From: Elusimicrobiota bacterium
Lineage (GTDB): Bacteria; CG03; SLGR01; JBDRKX01
NCBI GenBank assembly: GCA_043813605.1
Contig: JBDRKX010000125.1
Coordinates: forward strand, 1-24,188
Direction: 5' to 3'
DNA: 24,188 nucleotides
Shown piece after piece: positions 16,268 through 24,188 of the stretch. Within the stretch, counting starts at the first letter, position 1. Every line of letters starts with the position of its first letter. Made by a program: the position numbers and the translations under genes. The notes beneath the pieces were generated by a model. It was not told the DNA's origin, did no database searches, and was given only the letters and a program-made list of their open reading frames with translations.

Positions 16268-17418
16268 TTTATTTCCTTAATCCTTCCCAGGGCGTCTTTT
16301 AACCTTCCTGCTTCTTTAGTAAGTGCAAACCGGACATACCTTTCACCTGAAGGCCCGAATCCTGAACCCGGAGTAGAGACGACACCTGCCTCCACTATCA
16401 GTTTTTTTACCGCTTCTATTGATGATGTCTCACCCGGCGGCCTGGCCCAGATATAGAACGTAGCTCTGGGAATATCCAGTTTCCAATCCATCGATTTAAG
16501 CCCTTCAGCCATTATTTCAGCGCGTTCTCTGTATATACTGCACGTATTAATGACAAGTTCATCGTAACTCGCAAGCGCTTCCGTACCGGCGTCTTGAATA
16601 GCGCCGAATACACCGGAATCTATATTATCTTTTACCTTTGCCAGCCCCTTTATCAGGGTCTCATTACCGCATGCCCATCCTATGCGCCATCCTGTCATGG
16701 AAAAAGGTTTGGAAAGGGAATGGAATTCTACGGCTACTTCCATAGCTCCGGATATTTCAAGAAAACTCAATGGCGGTTCAGCGTAATACATTTCAGTATA
16801 CGCAGCGTCATGGACAACAATAATACCATATTTATGAGCGAGTTCTACTGTCTGTTCGAAAAAATCCCTTGTTGCCATCGCGCCTGTCGGATTATTGGGA
16901 TAATTGATGAATATAACTTTTGTTTTCTCCATGATCTCTGCCGGCACTTTGCTCCAGTCAGGCATAAATGCATTTTCAGCGGTTAAAGACACAAAATAGG
17001 GTTTTCCTCCGGCAAAGATAGTCCCTGAATTATAAACGGGATAAGCCGGTTCCGGTACTATGACTGTATCCCCGGGATTGACAAAAGCAAGAGGAAAATG
17101 AGCAATACCTTCTTTAGAACCTATAAGCGGGTGTATCTCTTTATCGGCATCCAGTTCAACATTGAATCTTTTTTTCATGAAAGACTGCACCTGGTTCCTG
17201 AAAATATCTTTTCCCTTCCCTATAGGGTACTGATGATTATCAGTATCATCCAGCGCTTCTTTCATCTTCTGCCTTATGATCTCCGGAGTGGGTATATCAG
17301 GATCGCCTATCCCGAGATTGATTATATCTTTGCCCTCTGAAATCGCTTTCCGTTTCATATTATCTATTTCCACAAAAAGATACGGAGGCAGTTTTTCAAG
17401 CCTGTCGGAAAATTTCAT
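16255..17418 (-). CDS. dapL: LL-diaminopimelate aminotransferase (PLP class I/II); start set at ATG 17418
   Basis: LPPYLF, LGIGDPD, LIGSKEGIAH, NYPNNPTG, HDAAYTE, FHSLSKPFSMTGWRIG. Located within the dap gene cluster. Confidence 0.88.
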   Translation of the reverse strand: MKFSDRLEKLPPYLFVEIDNMKRKAISEGKDIINLGIGDPDIPTPEIIRQKMKEALDDTDNHQYPIGKGKDIFRNQVQSFMKKRFNVELDADKEIHPLIGSKEGIAHFPLAFVNPGDTVIVPEPAYPVYNSGTIFAGGKPYFVSLTAENAFMPDWSKVPAEIMEKTKVIFINYPNNPTGAMATRDFFEQTVELAHKYGIIVVHDAAYTEMYYAEPPLSFLEISGAMEVAVEFHSLSKPFSMTGWRIGWACGNETLIKGLAKVKDNIDSGVFGAIQDAGTEALASYDELVINTCSIYRERAEIMAEGLKSMDWKLDIPRATFYIWARPPGETSSIEAVKKLIVEAGVVSTPGSGFGPSGERYVRFALTKEAGRLKDALGRIKEIKWKT

Positions 17419-17419
17419 A

Positions 17420-18196
17420 CTACTGTCCTTCATCTGTGACATAATTTCTCAATGCTCCAATCTCTTCAATAACAACTTCGACAATATCGCCGGCTCCCAT
17501 GCCGCCCACTCTTGGCGGAGTACCCGTGGCAATAACATCACCGGGATAAAGGGTCATAACTTCCGATACATAACTTACAAGTCTCTCTATGCTGAAAACC
17601 ATATTGGAAGTATTTGAAGACTGCATAACATTACCGTTCAATACAAGTTCGATTTTAAGCTTGCCCGGGTCAATATCGGTCCTCAATACCGGGCCTATAG
17701 GCGCAAAAGTATCAAAACTTTTGGCCCGTGTCCATTGCCCGTCCCGTTTCTGTATATCTCTTGCAGTAACATCATTAAAACAGGTATAGCCAAGTATATA
17801 ATTGCGTACTTCGTCTATTAGAACATTTCTTGCTCTCTTTTTTATTACAGCCGCAAGTTCGGCTTCATAATCCAGTCTCTTACATATCGAAGGCTTCACT
17901 ATATAACCTTCCGGATTTAAAAGACTTGACGAGGGTTTTATAAAAAGTACCGGTTCTTCCGGTATTTCCATCTTGAGCTCATCCGCATGCTCCTTATAAT
18001 TAAGTCCTATGCATACTATCTTTGACGGTACACACGGGGAAAGGAACCTTGCTTCATAATCCTTGATCGTATCAGAAGTCTTTTTCCAATCCTCGAACGG
18101 AGTGCCGTCGATTATCTCTACTTCATCATTCTTGAGTATGCCCCATTTAATATCCGACCCCTGGCCGCTATTAGGTATGAATCTTACAAATTTCAA
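17420..18196 (-). CDS. Fumarylacetoacetate hydrolase (FAH) family protein; probable TTG start at 18196
   Basis: KIVCIGLNY..H, P.LFIKP, LDYEAEL, NDVTARDIQ, WTRAKSFDTFAPIGP, LYPGDVIATGTP. TTGA overlap with the dapB stop, GGAGG upstream. Confidence 0.93.
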   Translation of the reverse strand: MKFVRFIPNSGQGSDIKWGILKNDEVEIIDGTPFEDWKKTSDTIKDYEARFLSPCVPSKIVCIGLNYKEHADELKMEIPEEPVLFIKPSSSLLNPEGYIVKPSICKRLDYEAELAAVIKKRARNVLIDEVRNYILGYTCFNDVTARDIQKRDGQWTRAKSFDTFAPIGPVLRTDIDPGKLKIELVLNGNVMQSSNTSNMVFSIERLVSYVSEVMTLYPGDVIATGTPPRVGGMGAGDIVEVVIEEIGALRNYVTDEGQ

Positions 18197-18951
18197 TTTA
18201 GTACATCCTCCATAGTATAAAGCCGTCCAGCGGACTGTCCATTCAGCCATATAGCGGCCTTTACCGCACCTGAAGCAAAGATACCTCTTGAACCGGCCCT
18301 GTGTGTCAATTCTATCCTGTCATCCGGACCTGCCCACATGATGGTATGTTCACCGACTATGCTCCCCGCCCTGACAGCATGTATTCCTATCTCGGACATA
18401 TCACGCGGACCGGGTTTCCCGTCTCTTCCGTATACCAGTTTACTGTGTTCATCTGAAATTATATCTGCGATCTTTCGGGCAGTACCGGAAGGAGCATCGA
18501 CTTTCCTGTTATGATGAGCTTCTATTATTTCTTTCTCATATTCCGGCAGTTTTGACGTGATCTCTTTAACTATCTTAAACAGCAGGTTGACACCTATACT
18601 CATATTCGGTGAGAGCAGCACCGGTATATTTTTTGCCGCCTCTTTTATGAGGGACACCTGTCCTTCGTCAAAACCGGTTGTTCCGATAACTACACTTACC
18701 CCCTTTTTTTCGCATTCACTGATAAGCTCCAGAGTAGTACCTGTTGAAGAAAAATCGATAATGACATCACAATCCGATATACCTTCAGAAATGTCAGAAG
18801 TCAGCGTTACCCCATCGACACTACTGCCTATCTTTTCATGATCAGGACGCTCTATAAGACCGAAGAGAGCAACTTCAGGTGTCTCCTTTACTATTTTTAT
18901 GATCCTCTGTCCCATTCTCCCCCCCGCACCGCAGATGCCTACATGTATCAT
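18193..18951 (-). CDS. dapB: 4-hydroxy-tetrahydrodipicolinate reductase; start set at ATG 18951
   Basis: GAGGRMG, IGTTG, SPNMSIGVN, EAHHNRKVDAPSGTA, R.GSIVGEH. GGAGGT upstream of 18951. Confidence 0.97.
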   Translation of the reverse strand: MIHVGICGAGGRMGQRIIKIVKETPEVALFGLIERPDHEKIGSSVDGVTLTSDISEGISDCDVIIDFSSTGTTLELISECEKKGVSVVIGTTGFDEGQVSLIKEAAKNIPVLLSPNMSIGVNLLFKIVKEITSKLPEYEKEIIEAHHNRKVDAPSGTARKIADIISDEHSKLVYGRDGKPGPRDMSEIGIHAVRAGSIVGEHTIMWAGPDDRIELTHRAGSRGIFASGAVKAAIWLNGQSAGRLYTMEDVLN

Positions 18952-18955
18952 CTCA

Positions 18956-19831
18956 CTATACCTCCAGGCCGATGTCACGCATAACGCTTCTTAATTTTTC
19001 CCTGTTGAAATCACTGAGATTTACAAGAGGCAGTCTTAATTCAGGTTTGATCTTTTTCATCATGCCCATCGCTTCTTTTATAGGACCGGGATTTGTTTCT
19101 ATAAACAGAGTATCTATAAGAGGAAGGTACTTGTAATGAATCTCAAGCGCCGCGGCAGCATCCCCTGACAGCATTAATCCGGTTATTTTCCTCACTACCG
19201 CAGGCAGTATATTTGCCAGCACCGATACCACCCCTTTAGCTCCCATAGCCATCATCGGATAAGTAAGGGAATCATCGCCCGAAAGCACTGTAATACGGTC
19301 TTCACATAACCTTATTACTTCAGCGCACTGTGATACTTTGCCGGCGGCTTCTTTGAGTGCCACTATATTGTCCAGCCTGGAAAGCCGTTCTACTGTAACC
19401 GGCTCCATGTTCACTCCGGTCCTTGACGGCACATTGTAAAGACATATGGGGATATCCACTGACTCTGCTATCTTTTTGTAATGGCTGAACAGGCCCTCCT
19501 GCGTGGGCTTGTTATAATACGGTGTTATTATCAGCGCACCGTCGGCACCGGCTTCTTTGGCATATTCTGTCAGCTCGACAGCTTCCCAGGTAGAGTTTGA
19601 GCCGGTTCCGGCCATAACTTTTACTCTTCCGGCCACTTCTTCAATAACTGTTTTCATGACTTCTCTATGTTCGTCATGGTGCATAGTTGCCGCTTCCCCT
19701 GTACAACCGCACGGCACTATACACTCTGTTCCCTGCTCAATATGCCAATTTACCAGCGCCTTCAATGAGGGATAATCCACTTCCCCGTCAACAAACGGCG
19801 TTACTAAAGCCACACAAGATCCCTTAAACAT
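18956..19831 (-). CDS. dapA: 4-hydroxy-tetrahydrodipicolinate synthase
   Basis: ALVTPF, CGCTGE, TPYYNKPTQEG, YNVPSRTG, LKEA, LSGDD, FIETNPGPIK. Confidence 0.97.
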   Translation of the reverse strand: MFKGSCVALVTPFVDGEVDYPSLKALVNWHIEQGTECIVPCGCTGEAATMHHDEHREVMKTVIEEVAGRVKVMAGTGSNSTWEAVELTEYAKEAGADGALIITPYYNKPTQEGLFSHYKKIAESVDIPICLYNVPSRTGVNMEPVTVERLSRLDNIVALKEAAGKVSQCAEVIRLCEDRITVLSGDDSLTYPMMAMGAKGVVSVLANILPAVVRKITGLMLSGDAAAALEIHYKYLPLIDTLFIETNPGPIKEAMGMMKKIKPELRLPLVNLSDFNREKLRSVMRDIGLEV

Positions 19832-20678
19832 CGCAACCTCCTGTTTTTATTCTATCTATATCAAAACTTCCCGTGAACACCCGGTTCACTGCGCCTTCAA
19901 GTTTTACATCATATATCCTTGAAATCAGGTCCTCATCATCGCTTTTCTGAAAATATACCTTCATGACATCTCCGCCGCGGGTCTTTATATCTACTGGAGG
20001 AACGACTTTATTCTTAAGACTTGCTATTATAGCAGATGCTACCGCGCCGGTTCCGCATGCCAATGTCTCTCCTTCTACTCCCCTCTCGTAAGTCCTCACT
20101 TCGAGCGAAGATTTTCCCGTCACCTGCAGAAAATCCGCATTTGTCCCCTCAGGAAGGAACCTTTCGTTATGTCTTATTGCCCGGCCAAGCTTTTCTACAT
20201 CCAGCGAATCAAGTTTTTCCGTTTCCACTACTACATGCGGGACTCCCGTATCGATGAATGAAACGCTCAATTCACCGTCTTCTGTCCGGATGAGTATATC
20301 CAATTCAATACCTGTCGGTTGGGTCATGCTCAGCCTGATACGGCCTTTTTTACTGGCCTCGGCTCTCATTATGCCGGCGCCCGTACAAAACTTTGTAGAA
20401 CTGACTTCTTCCCGGCTGAAATAATAGTAAGCAGAACAGCGCGCGCCATTACCGCACATCGAGACTTCCCCGCCGTCCGGATTGAATATCCTCATCTTAA
20501 AATCACTGTCATCGTGAGGCTCCAGCACCAGAACACCGTCAGCACCTATCCCGAATTTCCTTCTGCACAAAGAAGGAACAACTTTTTTCCATTTAATAGT
20601 CTCGCTTCCGGTATCGATCCTGTCTATAAGCACAAAATCATTACCGGCACCTTCAATTTTTACAAAATCTATATTCAT
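19824..20678 (-). CDS. dapF: Diaminopimelate epimerase
   Basis: GAGNDF, GIGADG, NPDG..SMCGNGARC, TGVPH, RTYERGVEGETLACGTG. Confidence 0.97.
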   Translation of the reverse strand: MNIDFVKIEGAGNDFVLIDRIDTGSETIKWKKVVPSLCRRKFGIGADGVLVLEPHDDSDFKMRIFNPDGGEVSMCGNGARCSAYYYFSREEVSSTKFCTGAGIMRAEASKKGRIRLSMTQPTGIELDILIRTEDGELSVSFIDTGVPHVVVETEKLDSLDVEKLGRAIRHNERFLPEGTNADFLQVTGKSSLEVRTYERGVEGETLACGTGAVASAIIASLKNKVVPPVDIKTRGGDVMKVYFQKSDDEDLISRIYDVKLEGAVNRVFTGSFDIDRIKTGGCDV

Positions 20679-21910
20679 TCTTCTGTAGTTGTCAGATCTT
20701 CGTATGTTTCCCGGCGCCTTATCAACCTGGGACCGTTTTCGTCGATAACGACTTCCGCCGGTTTCAGCCTTGAATTATAGTTCGATGACATGGAAAAACC
20801 ATATGCACCTGAATCGCATATTGCGAGAACATTACCCCTTTTCACTCCCGCCACTTCCCTGTCGGCAGCCATAAGATCGCCGCTTTCACATACCGGGCCG
20901 CCTATATCGGCCACCATCTTCTCTCCCCCGGTTTCAACAGGTATTATCTTATGGTATGCCTCATACATTGCAGGCCGGACAAAATCATTAAAACCGGCAT
21001 CTACAATCACGAAATTCTTTTCGGCGCCTTTTTTGATATAATTGATCGTAGTAAGAAGCCAGCCTGTATTTCCGACAATCGATCTTCCCGGTTCAAGTAT
21101 GAGCTTCTGCGGCCGGCCGATAATGTATTTTTCCAATACGCTGAACATATCATCCGGTGAAGGCACATCCATATTTTCATACGGAATGCCCAGACCTCCG
21201 CCGACATCTATATACTTTATCTGTATGCCTTTTTTATCAAGAGAATCAACAAACCCCGCCGCTGCCTCGCCTGCCAGTTCAAAAGGCCCGGTATCCGTTA
21301 TCTGTGATCCTATATGGAGATGCACGCCGGTAATCTCAATATTCTTCATACCGGCAGCCTTTTCATACATTTCCAGCATCCTGGCGGCCGGTATGCCGAA
21401 CCTGCTCTTTTTCAGTCCGGTTGATATCTTTGGATGCGTTTTTGCATCTATATCAGGGTTTATTCTGAATGATATTCTTACCGGGTCAGTTTTCCCTGCC
21501 GCTATTTCTCCAACCGCATTCAGTTCATCTTCACTTTCTATATTTATAAAACAGATACCGGTATCGATTGCCTGCTCAATTTCTGATCTTGACTTACCGA
21601 CACCTGAAAACACTATTTTTGCCGGATCTATTCCCGCACGCATCGCGAGATAAAGTTCCCCCCCGGAAACAACATCTGCTCCAGCACCCATGGAAGCCAG
21701 AATCTTAAGCAGTTCGCTGTTACTGTTTGCCTTGACCGCATAACAGATAACATGATCGATCCCGCTGAAAGCTTTTTCATACCTCTTGTAGTTTTCTTTC
21801 AGCGCGTTTGCACTGTATAAATACAGCGGTGTCCCGTATTCCCGGGCTATATCCATAACATTATATCCGTCTAAATGAAGGGTCCCGTTTTTGTATTCCA
21901 TATTATTCAA
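20675..21910 (-). CDS. lysA: Diaminopimelate decarboxylase (start TTG 21910 or ATG 21901)
   Basis: YGTPLY, YAVKAN, VSGGE, HLHIGSQI, DVGGGLG, LEPGRSIVG, GPVCESGD, GAYGFSMSSNYN. Confidence 0.97.
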   Translation of the reverse strand: MNNMEYKNGTLHLDGYNVMDIAREYGTPLYLYSANALKENYKRYEKAFSGIDHVICYAVKANSNSELLKILASMGAGADVVSGGELYLAMRAGIDPAKIVFSGVGKSRSEIEQAIDTGICFINIESEDELNAVGEIAAGKTDPVRISFRINPDIDAKTHPKISTGLKKSRFGIPAARMLEMYEKAAGMKNIEITGVHLHIGSQITDTGPFELAGEAAAGFVDSLDKKGIQIKYIDVGGGLGIPYENMDVPSPDDMFSVLEKYIIGRPQKLILEPGRSIVGNTGWLLTTINYIKKGAEKNFVIVDAGFNDFVRPAMYEAYHKIIPVETGGEKMVADIGGPVCESGDLMAADREVAGVKRGNVLAICDSGAYGFSMSSNYNSRLKPAEVVIDENGPRLIRRRETYEDLTTTEE

Positions 21911-21918
21911 AATAAGCC

Positions 21919-23236
21919 CTAAAATATACCCTCGTAAAGTCTTCTCTTTACGGCATTTTCCGTTTTTATGAATTCAAACGCATCCTTACCGGCTTCAGGA
22001 ACGATTTCCTGTAATTCTTCCAGCGGAAAATCCCCTATCATCGAATACCCTTTTTCTATACCTTTTCTTACCAGTTCACCGGTGAGTTGATGCGCCGTCC
22101 TGAATTCTATTTTTTTCTCCAGCACAAGGTATTCGGCAAAATCAGCCGCATCGATAAAACCTTCTGAAGCGGCACTTGAGAGTTTTTCGATGTTGAAACT
22201 AATGTTTTCGATCAACACCGGGAGCAGCTCAGTCACAGCCAGGGCAGTTTCGACTGAAACAAAAATTTCCTTATCGTCCTGCATATCCCTGTTATAGGTC
22301 AAAGGGAGTCCTTTCATTAGCAATGCAAGATTTACGGCAGTGGATATCATCCTGGCGGAAGCGGAACGGACAAGTTCAAAACAGTCCGGATTTTTTTTCT
22401 GGGGCATTATAGATGATGTGTCCGCAATAGATTCGTCAAGTTCGATAAAAGAAAATTCCTTTGTAGAAAAGATCACGAATTCTTCCGCCATCCTGGAAAA
22501 ATGGACACCGAGTATTGATAAGGTATTCGCAAATTCCAGGATATAATCACGCGATGAGACTGCATCCATAGGATTAAGCGCAAACCCGTCAAATCCGAGT
22601 TCCTGTGCGAGTATATTCCTGTCAAGTTTTATATTGGTTCCCGCGCCGGCAGCTGAACCCAGCGGCATTATATTTACTCTCTTTAAAAGATCGTTAAGCC
22701 TCTCTTTATCCCTGTTAAACCATTCCACATAAAGACCGAGATATGTTGCCATATCAACCGCCTGCGCCCTCTGCATATGCGTACATGCCGGCATAAATAT
22801 TGTACGACTCTGTATCTTGTCTGCCTTTGCGGATAATGCTTTCGATACACTGCCGAGTGCACCGGTTATCTTTCCTATTGAATCCCTTACATACATCCTC
22901 ATATCGCAGGCGACCTGGTCGTTGCGGGACCTGCCGGCATGAAGTTTCTTGCCGCATTCACCGAGTTTTTCTTCCACCGCCATATGAATATCATCGTATT
23001 TGCCGTCAAAAAAAGTATTGTCTTTTCTATATTCTTCGAGCATTTTTTCAAGCCCGGAAATTATCTCTTTTTTATCTTTTTCGTTTATTATCCCGGCATT
23101 TTCAAGAGCCCTGGCATGCGCCATACTCTGAAGGATATCATATTCAGCCAATATCCTGTCTTTTTTAATGGAAGACGCAAATGCCTGCAGTTTTTCTTCC
23201 ATATTTTTTTTTCAGCCGGCCGTCTCTGAGTATCAT
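21919..23236 (-). CDS. argH: Argininosuccinate lyase; in-frame part is 21919..23202, and the likely native start at 23236 is separated by a frameshift in an A9 tract
   Basis: DIHMAVE, KLHAGRSRNDQVA, THMQRAQ, PLGSAA, SSIMPQKKNPD, KGLPLTYNRDMQDDK. The upstream frame MILRDGRLKK resembles the usual ArgH N-terminus. Confidence 0.93.
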
Positions 23237-24188
23237 TCTTCCTGTTCTCCTTTGATATTACCCCATACTTTAAGCGGGAGCCCCCATAGTTCGATAAAAC
23301 CTTTTGCCGAACTGTGACTGAACGCATCTTCAGCCGTATATGTCGCCAATTTGCGGCTGTACATTGAATCAGGCGAGCGGCGCCCGATGACAGTGGCTGT
23401 TCCCTTATAGAGTTTCAGCCTGACACTTCCGTTAAGCCTGCTATCCGCACCGGCACAAAAACCCTGAATCGCTTCCCGTAACGGAGAAAACCATTTCCCG
23501 TCATACACCATTCTTGAATACTCCATAGCCAGCTTTCTCCTGTTGTGCAGGTAATCCCTTTCAAAAATAAGCGATTCCAGCGCCCTCAATGATTTATGCA
23601 GTATAGTACCGGCAGGAGCCTCGTAAACTTCCCTTGACTTTATGCCCACAACGCGGTTTTCTACCATATCCACCCTTCCTATACCATGATCTCCGCCTAT
23701 CTGGTTAAGTTTCTCTATCAGTTCTATCGGATCCATTTCATTGCCGTCAAGGCTGACAGGTTTACCTGCTTTAAAATCGACAATGATCATTTTAGCTTCC
23801 TCCGGTGTCTCCTGAACCGGTTTGACTATAACATATGAATCCGCCGGCGGCTCTGTCCAGGGATCTTCAAGTTCACCGCACTCAATACTTATCCCCCACA
23901 GGTTTCTGTCTATACTGTATTTACCGCCGCCTTTATCTTCCAGTGTCAATCCATTACTTTTTAAATATTCCATTTCCTGTTCACGCGACTTGAGTTCCCA
24001 TTCTCTTACAGGCGCAATTATTTCAAGTGAATCATCAAGGCACATCACAGCAAGCTCAAACCTTACCTGGTCGTTTGCTTTTACCGTACACCCGTGGGCT
24101 ACGGCATCAGCCTGTGGTTTAAGCGCGATATTAAAAAGAAGTTTTACTATAAAGGGACGGGCAAGTGCTGTTTGCAGCAGATTGTTAT
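23233..24188 (-). CDS. argG: Argininosuccinate synthase, 5' part outside the window
   Basis: The frame is open to the right edge. TALARP, AVAHGCTVKANDQVRFE, YSIDRNLWG.SIECG.LEDP, VENRVVGIKSREVYEAPAG, GFIELWGLP. Confidence 0.96.
   Translation of the reverse strand, partial: NNLLQTALARPFIVKLLFNIALKPQADAVAHGCTVKANDQVRFELAVMCLDDSLEIIAPVREWELKSREQEMEYLKSNGLTLEDKGGGKYSIDRNLWGISIECGELEDPWTEPPADSYVIVKPVQETPEEAKMIIVDFKAGKPVSLDGNEMDPIELIEKLNQIGGDHGIGRVDMVENRVVGIKSREVYEAPAGTILHKSLRALESLIFERDYLHNRRKLAMEYSRMVYDGKWFSPLREAIQGFCAGADSRLNGSVRLKLYKGTATVIGRRSPDSMYSRKLATYTAEDAFSHSSAKGFIELWGLPLKVWGNIKGEQEE

Noticed and set aside
12185..21653. Many plus-strand ORFs of 60-200 aa (e.g. 12185..12724, 15752..16246, 21042..21653)
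   Set aside because: All are antisense to well-supported genes, most in the codon-mirror frame, with no motifs of their own.
1..24188. CRISPR arrays, tRNA/rRNA genes, cobalamin or lysine riboswitches
   Set aside because: I saw no spaced repeats or RNA gene signatures, and most intergenic regions are too short or too AT-rich for these riboswitches. No covariance search was run.

Overview
Bacterial window in which almost every gene is on the minus strand. From the right end leftward: (i) a tightly coupled housekeeping operon argG(partial)-argH-lysA-dapF-dapA-dapB-FAH family-dapL-folK-DUF2065-like-gatC-gatA-gatB; (ii) directly downstream, a seven-gene accessory cluster of four B12-binding radical SAM enzymes, a MiaB-like methylthiotransferase lacking the TRAM domain, a multi-TM/beta-propeller protein and a GT-C-like membrane glycosyltransferase, ending in an intrinsic terminator; (iii) an IS1595-family element with perfect 25-bp TIRs and a doubly frameshifted transposase; (iv) a minus-strand ORF missed by the ORF track (663 to the left edge) that reads in frame through a long intrinsic-terminator hairpin, an attenuator-like arrangement. 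The most interesting items are the radical SAM/GT-C cluster, a candidate envelope lipid or glycan modification pathway, and the terminator-spanning ORF. argH has an apparent extra base in an A9 tract that detaches its N-terminus, and the argG signature near the right edge is altered. All protein family calls come from motif recognition, not database searches.
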